Shown: positions 36,930 through 44,658 of the stretch, piece by piece
Position numbering within the stretch: the stretch's first letter is position 1
How the letters are laid out: each line of letters starts with the position of its first letter
NCBI GenBank assembly: GCA_900317635.1
Contig: ONHN01000012.1
Span: 199 to 64,198 of the forward strand
DNA from: an uncultured Prevotellaceae bacterium
GTDB taxonomy: Bacteria; Bacteroidota; Bacteroidia; Bacteroidales; Bacteroidaceae
Length of the DNA: 64,000 nt
Direction of reading: 5' to 3'
Notes under the pieces: generated by a model
Database searches by the model: none
The model's input: the letters and a program-made list of their open reading frames with translations, nothing else
Told to the model about the DNA's origin: nothing
Position numbers and translations under genes: made by a program

Positions 36930-38687
36930 TTACAGGAGCTTGCGCAAAGTATCGGCGGGTGCTTTAGCTGCCGTATCTACGCGCGTCGCACTGACGTAGC
37001 AGGCGCGGAAGAGGGTGCAAACGTTGGTGGCATCGCTCAGGCGAGGCTCGTTCGTAAAGCCATACCTCAACAGACCTGCACGCGGCACGGTGATGGTGAA
37101 CGAAATGGGCCGCCAACTATATCGCCACTTGTTGTCCTTCAGGTCTTCGCCTTCATCGTAAACGCAATCATCGTCGTCGTGCGAAGCGGCTGGGGCAGGG
37201 GCCACGGAATAACCTACAATCCGTGAGATCTGCGCCAACTCCTCGGCCGATGCCGTGGGCGAGGACGGCGATAAAGTCTTCACCGCTATTTGTGTGCTGT
37301 CAAGAGAGGCATAGAGCGAAGCACCAACGCCGTTCGTATAGACAAGACCCTCAACGACGTATGTGCCTGGCTGCACGTCCAACGTGCGATATACCTCGAA
37401 CGACATAGGTTGTTCGCGCTCCTCTTGCTCTATAGAGAGGTGCTCCATCCAGCGGAAGTCGGGGCTGCCTGGGTCCTGACAAGTGTGGAAGATGTCGTCG
37501 TCAGTACCCTTCAGGAAACCTATGTGCCAACCGCTGCTTTGCAAGTATTCCCAACTCTCTTTCTCGAGGAACACGCCATTGTGGGTATTGGCCTTGCGAT
37601 ACTCCGTTTCGAATTGCACCTCCAACGTCTTCTGCGTATCTATGCCCAACTTGATGAGTGCGCCGCCACAAATCATGGAGGCAAAAAGTGCCACAACCCA
37701 TACGCCTACCATCGAAGCGCGAACGGCCTTCGAACTGCGCTGTTTGGAGAAAATGCTGCGGCCGATTGCCACCAGGGGCAAGCCCACCAGCGTCAGCAGC
37801 GCTACGCCCAGCCCTACGCCCCACCAATACATGGCGGGCGAAGCCGTCAGAACGTGCCCCAGTTCGGGGTAGCGCACCGCCATAGGCGCAAAGTGCGCGG
37901 CTGGAACCAGCATAACAACAAGCAGGCAGGCCAGTAGTACCATAACGGCCAGTGCCAACAAGCAGAGCATGAAAATGGCAAAGCCCTTTACCAGAACAAT
38001 GAACACCTGCAACAATCCGCTCAAGCATCCGCGCATACCGCCTGCATGCTGCCGCGCATAGTCGGTGGCCGAACGGCCCGCACGCATCATCTCCTCGCCC
38101 AGCGAGGCCGCCGTCACGGGCTCGCCTCGCATCCTTAGGCGGTCCTCGGGCGTGCGCGCTTCGGGAATGAGTGCCCACAACACGAGATAGACGATGGCTA
38201 ACGAGCTAAACGTAAAGACAAAGAGCAAGACGAAGATAATGCGCCACGGTAGCGGGTCGGTCATGCCGAAGTAGCGGCAAAAACCCGACAACACGCCGCC
38301 CAGCATCTTGTCCTCCGAATCGCGGAAGAGCTTGCGATGTACACGAGCGCCCGTCGGCGCGCCCTGACCATAGGGAGGCGGCGGGGGCGGGGTGCCTGCA
38401 CCCGATGCCGCAGCGGCTTCGTCGTCGCCTGCCATTTGCTCGGGATTGCCAATGCGACCAATGATGTCGCGAATGTGCTGGATTGAGATAGCCTCCGTCC
38501 CTTCTGCCTTCAGCTGCGAAAGGAGTTCGGCAATGCGGTGCTCTACGTCGTCGGCCACTTCTTCGCCGTCCTCGCGGCGCATGAAGAAGGCGCGCATGTT
38601 TTCTTCGTAACTACGCAACAACTCGTAAGCATCCTCGTCAATGTTGTAGAGCTGGCCGAAAAGGTTTATGGTGATGTTCTTTTTCAT
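36930..38687 (-). CDS. PspC-domain membrane protein with extended C-terminal extracytoplasmic domain
   Basis: MKKNITINLFG...IDEDAY...RKLFRDSEDKMLGGVLSG...YLVLWALIPEA...MRGEPV; several TMs. Confidence 0.88.
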   Translation of the reverse strand: MKKNITINLFGQLYNIDEDAYELLRSYEENMRAFFMRREDGEEVADDVEHRIAELLSQLKAEGTEAISIQHIRDIIGRIGNPEQMAGDDEAAAASGAGTPPPPPPYGQGAPTGARVHRKLFRDSEDKMLGGVLSGFCRYFGMTDPLPWRIIFVLLFVFTFSSLAIVYLVLWALIPEARTPEDRLRMRGEPVTAASLGEEMMRAGRSATDYARQHAGGMRGCLSGLLQVFIVLVKGFAIFMLCLLALAVMVLLACLLVVMLVPAAHFAPMAVRYPELGHVLTASPAMYWWGVGLGVALLTLVGLPLVAIGRSIFSKQRSSKAVRASMVGVWVVALFASMICGGALIKLGIDTQKTLEVQFETEYRKANTHNGVFLEKESWEYLQSSGWHIGFLKGTDDDIFHTCQDPGSPDFRWMEHLSIEQEEREQPMSFEVYRTLDVQPGTYVVEGLVYTNGVGASLYASLDSTQIAVKTLSPSSPTASAEELAQISRIVGYSVAPAPAASHDDDDCVYDEGEDLKDNKWRYSWRPISFTITVPRAGLLRYGFTNEPRLSDATNVCTLFRACYVSATRVDTAAKAPADTLRKLL

Positions 38688-38706
38688 AACACGGGGTGTT
38701 GATGGA

Positions 38707-39054
38707 TTAAGCGTTGATGGTTGCATCGTTGTTCCCGCGAAGGAAACCAACGGTCTTCGATAGTGCGTTCCAGGCCTCGTCAAGGCTGGCTAAAGCCTCC
38801 TGCCCCTCTGGACTCAGAGCGTAGTACTTGCGGGGCGGGCCTTGCGTGCTCTCCTGCCACTGGTAGGAAAGCAACCCGTCGCGCTTCAGTCGCGAAAGCA
38901 GCGGATAGAGCGTACCCTCCACCACGATGAGGTCGGCCGCCTGCAACTGCTGGATGATGTCGGAAGCATAGGCCGGCTCGCGACGCAAAAGCAAAAGAAC
39001 GCAATACTCCAGCATCCCTTTGCGCATTTGCGACTTCTGATTTTCGGTGTTCAT
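38707..39054 (-). CDS. PadR family transcriptional regulator
   Basis: SQMRKGMLEYCVL...VEGTLYPLLSRL...WQESTQGPPRKYY. Confidence 0.93.
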   Translation of the reverse strand: MNTENQKSQMRKGMLEYCVLLLLRREPAYASDIIQQLQAADLIVVEGTLYPLLSRLKRDGLLSYQWQESTQGPPRKYYALSPEGQEALASLDEAWNALSKTVGFLRGNNDATINA

Positions 39055-39133
39055 CTTCTTGTGAGGTTTGTTGTAAATTAAGACTTTTCGTATGCAACAT
39101 ACTTTGTGAGTGCAAAGATATATGTTTTCCCGT

Positions 39134-39154
39134 GTACCTTGCAATACAAAGTAC
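39134..39154. promoter_or_regulatory. Imperfect palindrome, candidate PadR operator
   Basis: GTACCTTG-CAATA-CAAAGTAC next to the padR -7 box (39113-39120). Confidence 0.45.
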
Positions 39155-39338
39155 TAAATTCTTTGCAACTTTAACATTTTTTCTAATTGCGCGATGAATT
39201 TTGCGAAAAACGTTGGCAGTTGTTTGCGAAGTTTGTAACTTTGCAGAGAGTGTGGAGAAAAGCCACGGAAAAGCTTTTTCGACGCACGCCGCATACCAAG
39301 AAAAACCTACTAATAATCATCTAAAACCTCTTAACATT

Positions 39339-40133
39339 ATGCGAGTAATCATCGAACCAGATTATGAGAAACTTTCGCGTTGGGCTGCCGAGTACGTCGT
39401 AAGCCGCATCAACGCTGCACGTCCCACGGCCGAACGTCCCTTCGTGCTGGGTCTGCCCACGGGTAGCTCCCCCATCGGTATGTACAAAGGCATCATCAAG
39501 GCCTACGAAGAAGGCCGCGTGAGCTTCAAGCACGTCCTGACGTTCAACATGGACGAATACGTGGGCCTGCCCGAAGAGCACCCCGAAAGCTACCACTCCT
39601 TCATGAAGAAGAACCTCTTCGACCACATCGACTGCCCGAAGGAGAACATCCACATCCTCAACGGCAATGCCCCCGACCTGCTGGCCGAATGCGCCAACTA
39701 CGAGCGCATGATTGAGGAAGCTGGCGGCATCGACCTCTTCATTGGCGGTATTGGCCCCGACGGCCACATTGCCTTCAACGAACCAGGCAGTTCGCTCTCC
39801 AGCCGCACGCGCATCAAGACGCTAACCACGGACACGCGCGTGGCCAACAGCCGCTTCTTCGGTGGCGACCCCAACAACGTGCCCAAGCTAGCGCTGACCG
39901 TAGGCGTTGGCACCGTCATGGCTGCCCGCGAGGTGCTCATCCTCTGCAACGGCCACAACAAGAGCCGCGCGCTCCACGCTGCCGTCGAGGGTGCCGTGAC
40001 GCAGATGTGGACCATCTCCAGCCTACAGCTCCACCCCCACGGCATTATCGTCTGCGACGAAGCCGCCTGCGAAGAAATCAAGCACGGCACCTACCGCTTC
40101 TTCAAGGACGTAGAAAGCGAAAACCTCATCTAA
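39339..40133 (+). CDS. nagB: Glucosamine-6-phosphate deaminase
   Basis: [32 protein letters not shown]. Confidence 0.97.
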   Translation: MRVIIEPDYEKLSRWAAEYVVSRINAARPTAERPFVLGLPTGSSPIGMYKGIIKAYEEGRVSFKHVLTFNMDEYVGLPEEHPESYHSFMKKNLFDHIDCPKENIHILNGNAPDLLAECANYERMIEEAGGIDLFIGGIGPDGHIAFNEPGSSLSSRTRIKTLTTDTRVANSRFFGGDPNNVPKLALTVGVGTVMAAREVLILCNGHNKSRALHAAVEGAVTQMWTISSLQLHPHGIIVCDEAACEEIKHGTYRFFKDVESENLI

Positions 40134-40236
40134 TCTGACGTCTTTTCTCCTTGCACACACACGCTAAAGTCCCGCACGACAAAAGATAACGGCGCTGGGA
40201 ATTTAGCGTGTGTTGCATAGCCCATGCTATACCGCC

Positions 40237-40581
40237 ATGCTTATCGACTTCAAGAAACTACCGCTGCAAGCCTTAGCCGCTTTCAAGGGCGGCGATGGCG
40301 AATACCTCGTTCGCACCTCCGACGATGGCCACGTGAAAATCATGCTGGGTCGCCTGCAACCAGGCTGCTCTATCGGCATACACACCCACGAGGGCAATTC
40401 GGAAACGATCTACATGCTCTCGGGAAAAGGCGAAGTGTTCTACGACGGAACCTCCTTCGAACTGCTGCCAGGCCAGGCCCACTATTGCGCCGAAGGCCAT
40501 ACGCACGGCCTGCGCTGCAACGCCGCCGCCGCTGAAGACGCGGTTTTCTTTGCCGTTGTGCCGCAAACAGCCCAGAACTAA
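40237..40581 (+). CDS. Cupin domain protein
   Basis: SIGIHTHEGNSE...GHTH cupin motifs. Confidence 0.85.
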   Translation: MLIDFKKLPLQALAAFKGGDGEYLVRTSDDGHVKIMLGRLQPGCSIGIHTHEGNSETIYMLSGKGEVFYDGTSFELLPGQAHYCAEGHTHGLRCNAAAAEDAVFFAVVPQTAQN

Positions 40582-40675
40582 CCGAGGCTGAGCCTACACC
40601 TTATATTATATATACGCGCGCGCAAGGCAAGATGCCCGTTCCTTGTCGCCCCCCCCAACGCCAGAAACTACCGCC

Positions 40676-41893
40676 GTGGAAACCCTCGCCCCCTTCGCCC
40701 GCCCCGCCTACGTCATGCTGAAGCCCGTGGGCGCACGCTGCAACCTTGCCTGCAACTACTGCTACTACCTTGAAAAGGAGAAGCTCTACGCCGACGGGCG
40801 CGACCAGCTCTTGCCGTTCGACTTGCTCGAGCGCTTCACGCGCGACTACATCGCCCTGCAAACGCAGAGCGACGTACTCTTCACCTGGCACGGCGGCGAA
40901 CCGCTCTTACGCCCCATTGCTTTCTACCAACGCGCCTTAGCCTTTCAGCGTAAATATGCAGGCGACCACCGCATCGACAACGCGCTGCAAACCAACGGCA
41001 CCCTCCTCACCGACGACTGGGCGCGCTTCTTTCGCGACAACAACTTCCTCATTGGCGTTTCCATCGACGGCACCGAGCAACAGCACGACCGCTATCGCCA
41101 CACGCGCGGCGGCGGCCCTACGCACAAACAGGTGATGCGCGGCATTGAGATCCTTGAGCGCCACGGCGTGCAGTGGAACGCGCTGGCCACCGTCAACCAC
41201 TTCAACGCCGACGAGCCGCTGGCCTTCTACGACTTCTTTCGCAGCATTGGCTGCCACTTCTTGCAGTTCACGCCCGTTGTCGAACGCCTCGAAACGCAAA
41301 CCGACGGACGCTATCTGGCCTCGCCCTTGGCTGGTGCATCGGCGCGCCTGGCCCCTTTCAGCGTCAGCCCGCAGCAATGGGGCCGTTTCCTCATCGGCGT
41401 GTTCGACCGCTGGATAAAGACCGACGTAGGCAGCACCTTCGTCCAGCTCTTCGATGCCACGCTGGCGGGGTGGTGCGGTGTGCCGCCAGGCGTCTGCACA
41501 CTGGCCGAAACGTGTGGAGCAGCCGCCGCTATGGAGTGGAACGGCGATGTCTTCGTGTGCGACCACTACGTGTTTCCCGAATATCGCCTTGGCAACCTGC
41601 GCACGACACCCCTGCCCGAGATGCTCTATGGCGAGGCCGCCACGCGCTTCGGACAAGAGAAGAAAACAACGCTCACGAAGCAGTGTCGCGAATGTCCGTG
41701 GCTCATGGCCTGCCACGGCGAATGTCCGCGCCTGCGCTTCGCAACCGACCGCTACGGCAACGCTGGCCACCACTACCTCTGCGCGGGCTACGAAGCCTAC
41801 TTCGCCCACGTGGCACCCTACATGGACGCTATGAAAAGCTTGCTGCAACAAGGCCGACCGCCAGCCGAGGTGATGCAGCAAACGATAGGCTGA
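40676..41893 (+). CDS. Anaerobic sulfatase-maturating radical SAM enzyme (anSME/ChuR-like)
   Basis: KPVGARCNLACNYCYY, FTWHGGEP, SPASM cysteines (CDHYV, CRECPWLMACHGEC); probable GTG start. Confidence 0.92.
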   Translation: METLAPFARPAYVMLKPVGARCNLACNYCYYLEKEKLYADGRDQLLPFDLLERFTRDYIALQTQSDVLFTWHGGEPLLRPIAFYQRALAFQRKYAGDHRIDNALQTNGTLLTDDWARFFRDNNFLIGVSIDGTEQQHDRYRHTRGGGPTHKQVMRGIEILERHGVQWNALATVNHFNADEPLAFYDFFRSIGCHFLQFTPVVERLETQTDGRYLASPLAGASARLAPFSVSPQQWGRFLIGVFDRWIKTDVGSTFVQLFDATLAGWCGVPPGVCTLAETCGAAAAMEWNGDVFVCDHYVFPEYRLGNLRTTPLPEMLYGEAATRFGQEKKTTLTKQCRECPWLMACHGECPRLRFATDRYGNAGHHYLCAGYEAYFAHVAPYMDAMKSLLQQGRPPAEVMQQTIG

Positions 41894-42060
41894 AAACAAC
41901 GGCAGAGACCTCTTGCTAAATTGTCACTTGGTGCGTGAACATACCACACGATGCGTAACTGCGTACAGAAATCCGATGATAATCGGTGCGCAGAGCACAA
42001 AGCACCATGAGAAGAACACCTAATGCCCTACCCCACTCACACCAAAGCCCTTACCCCGCT

Positions 42061-43005
42061 ATGCTCCCTAAGTCAGACCGCATCGGATTGTTGCTTTTCG
42101 CCTTGCTCTGTGCGGCGGCCATCGCAGCCTTCTACTTCTTTCAAGAAACAAAAGATGAAGCCGCCCCTAAGCCCCAACAGCTCACGGCTGAGCAGGCGGC
42201 CAACCTCCGCGCCTTCAACGAAGAGTTGCAGCGCGACTCCATAGCGTGGACGAAGCAACACGAACGCCATTGGCAGAAAGAGCCCGAACGCATGGTGGAG
42301 TCGTTCCCTTTCGACCCCAACACGGCGGACAGCACAACCCTCTTGCGCCTGGGGTTCAAACCCTGGCAGGCAAAAGCCATCTGCAACTACCGCCGCAAGG
42401 GCGGACGCTGGCGAAGTGCCGAAGACTGCAAACGCATCTACGGCTTCTCGGAGGCCGACTACCAACGCCTGAAGCCCTACATACGCATCAGCCCCGAATT
42501 TGCGGCCTCGGCACCAAGGCAGAAAAGCGAGAAACAACTGCTCTGGGAAGCGCGGCAGGCCCACTTCGACAGCTTGCGCGCCACCTACCCAACCAAATAC
42601 GAAGAAGGCAGCATCCGCCTCAACCTCTCCACCTGCGACACCACGGCCCTCAAAGGCATTCCGGGCATAGGTCCTTGGAGCGCCAGGAAGATTGTGGCCT
42701 ACCGCGAACGACTGGGCGGCTTCGTCAGCGTGAGTCAGCTTGAAGAAATAGAAGACATGCCCGAAGGACTTTCGCGATGGTTCGACCCCGCCACCGCCAC
42801 CACGCAGCCCCGACAGATTGACATCAACCACGCCTCATTCAAAACCATCAACCGCCATCCCTACGTCAGCTACGAGCAGACAATAGAAATTGTCAACTAC
42901 ATTCGCAAGCACGGCCCCCTACGCTCGTGGAACGACCTCAGCCTCAGCAAGCTCTTCACCGCGAAGGACTTTGAGCGCCTAAAGCCCTACTTTCGCTTCA
43001 ATTAG
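42061..43005 (+). CDS. ComEA-like helix-hairpin-helix protein
   Basis: N-terminal TM; FDPNTADSTTLLRLG, IPGIGPWSARKIVAYRERLGGF, IDINHA repeats. Confidence 0.85.
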   Translation: MLPKSDRIGLLLFALLCAAAIAAFYFFQETKDEAAPKPQQLTAEQAANLRAFNEELQRDSIAWTKQHERHWQKEPERMVESFPFDPNTADSTTLLRLGFKPWQAKAICNYRRKGGRWRSAEDCKRIYGFSEADYQRLKPYIRISPEFAASAPRQKSEKQLLWEARQAHFDSLRATYPTKYEEGSIRLNLSTCDTTALKGIPGIGPWSARKIVAYRERLGGFVSVSQLEEIEDMPEGLSRWFDPATATTQPRQIDINHASFKTINRHPYVSYEQTIEIVNYIRKHGPLRSWNDLSLSKLFTAKDFERLKPYFRFN

Positions 43006-43113
43006 GCTGCAGCGATTGGCGCGAAGCGCACGGGGCGCATTATCATAAGCCGCCGTGTCGCTCGACTGCAAAAGTTTTTGTAACTTTGCAAGCCAAAACA
43101 AAAAACAGAGACT

Positions 43114-44214
43114 ATGACACTATATCCACGACTCATTACCGACGCACTCTCGAACGTGCGCTATCCAGGCACGGGCAAGAACCTCGTCGAGGACGACATG
43201 CTTGAAGACGACGTGCGCATAGACGGCATGAACGTCAGCTTCAGCCTCCTCTTCCCTAAGCTGCCCGACCCCTTCGAGCGCTCCGTGGTGAAGGCGGCGG
43301 AAGCGGCCATACATACGTACGTCAGCAAAGACGTTGAAGTAACTATCCGCACCAAGAGCCTGCAAGCCGCGCGGCCTGAACCGGGCAAACTCCTGCCCGA
43401 GGTGAAAAACATCATTGCCGTTTCGAGCGGCAAGGGAGGCGTGGGTAAGAGCACCGTGGCGGCAAACTTGGCCGTCAGCCTAGCGCGCCTGGGCCACAGC
43501 GTGGGCTTGCTGGATGCCGACATCTTCGGGCCCAGTGTGCCAAAGATGTTCCACCTCGAACACGAACAGATATTTGCCATTCAGCGCGACGGGCGCCAAC
43601 TCATCGTGCCCGCCGAGAAATACGGCGTTCGCATACTTTCCATCGGCTTCTTCGTCAGTCCCGACACGGCAACGCTCTGGCGCGGCGGCATGGCCTCCAA
43701 CTCACTGAAGCAACTCATAGGCGAAACGGACTGGGGCGCACTGGACTACCTCGTTATCGACACGCCTCCAGGCACGTCGGACATTCACCTCACACTGCTG
43801 CAAACGCTGGCCATCACGGGTGCCGTCATCGTATCGACACCACAACAAGTGGCCCTTGCCGACGCGCGCAAAGGCATCGACATGTATCGCAACGAAAAGG
43901 TGAACGTGCCCATCCTGGGCCTGATAGAAAACATGGCATGGTTCACGCCAGCCGAACTGCCCCAAAACCGTTACTTCCTCTTCGGGCGCGAGGGCGTGAA
44001 GCAGTTGGCCGAAGAGATGCAAGTGCCGCTACTGGCACAAATCCCTATCGTGCAGAGCATTTGCGAAGCGGGCGACGAGGGCGAACCCGTGGCCTTGCAC
44101 CCCGAACGCCCCGACGGACAGGCCTTCCTGCAGCTGGCCAGCGAAGTGCACCAGGCCGTTGAGCGGCGCAACCGCGAACAACCTCCCACGCACGTAGTCA
44201 GCGTGACGAAATAA
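43114..44214 (+). CDS. Mrp/NBP35 (ApbC) Fe-S cluster carrier ATPase
   Basis: VSSGKGGVGKST, DADIFGPS, DTPPGTSD, STPQ, ENM motifs. Confidence 0.93.
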   Translation: MTLYPRLITDALSNVRYPGTGKNLVEDDMLEDDVRIDGMNVSFSLLFPKLPDPFERSVVKAAEAAIHTYVSKDVEVTIRTKSLQAARPEPGKLLPEVKNIIAVSSGKGGVGKSTVAANLAVSLARLGHSVGLLDADIFGPSVPKMFHLEHEQIFAIQRDGRQLIVPAEKYGVRILSIGFFVSPDTATLWRGGMASNSLKQLIGETDWGALDYLVIDTPPGTSDIHLTLLQTLAITGAVIVSTPQQVALADARKGIDMYRNEKVNVPILGLIENMAWFTPAELPQNRYFLFGREGVKQLAEEMQVPLLAQIPIVQSICEAGDEGEPVALHPERPDGQAFLQLASEVHQAVERRNREQPPTHVVSVTK

Positions 44215-44219
44215 ACGCC

Positions 44220-44319
44220 CAGCGCGCCCGCTCATTTCTGATAGCTCTTCTGGTCTGACTCATCGGCTTTGGCTTTTGCTATTAACAGCGCGCCCGCTCA
44301 TTTCTGATAGCTCTTCTGG
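44220..44319. repeat. Perfect 34-bp direct repeat separated by a 32-bp unique spacer
   Basis: CAGCGCGCCCGCTCATTTCTGATAGCTCTTCTGG at 44220-44253 and 44286-44319. Confidence 0.9.
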
Positions 44320-44422
44320 CAACACGAGCAACAAGCTAACAAACCATCATCGGCGCGCGCGCAGGAAGTGGCAAGTTTATAGTGCCAGCGAAGAGCGCAA
44401 CAAACTCGCTGTCAAAGCCTTA

Positions 44423-44621
44423 AAGTTCCGACAGAGGCTTACAAAGTTTTCCCATCGGCTTTCGAAGTTATAAATCTCGGCGGTAAATATACATTTGCCG
44501 CCGAGATTTATATAAACCCCGCCGAGAAATGTATATTTCTCGGCGGGATTTATAACTTCATGGCTTACAAAAAAAACTTGCAAAGGCAAGGGGAAAACTT
44601 CCTGGCCTTTGCAAGAAACTT
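44423..44621. repeat. Family C symmetric element on a 21-bp lattice, copy 1
   Basis: AAGTT at 44423/44444/44465; CGGCGG or CCGCCG at 44478/44498/44519/44541; AACTT at 44554/44575/44596/44617. Confidence 0.88.
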
Positions 44622-44658
44622 ACGAGGCGGCGCGCAAGCGCGCAGAGGGGCTGTGGCG

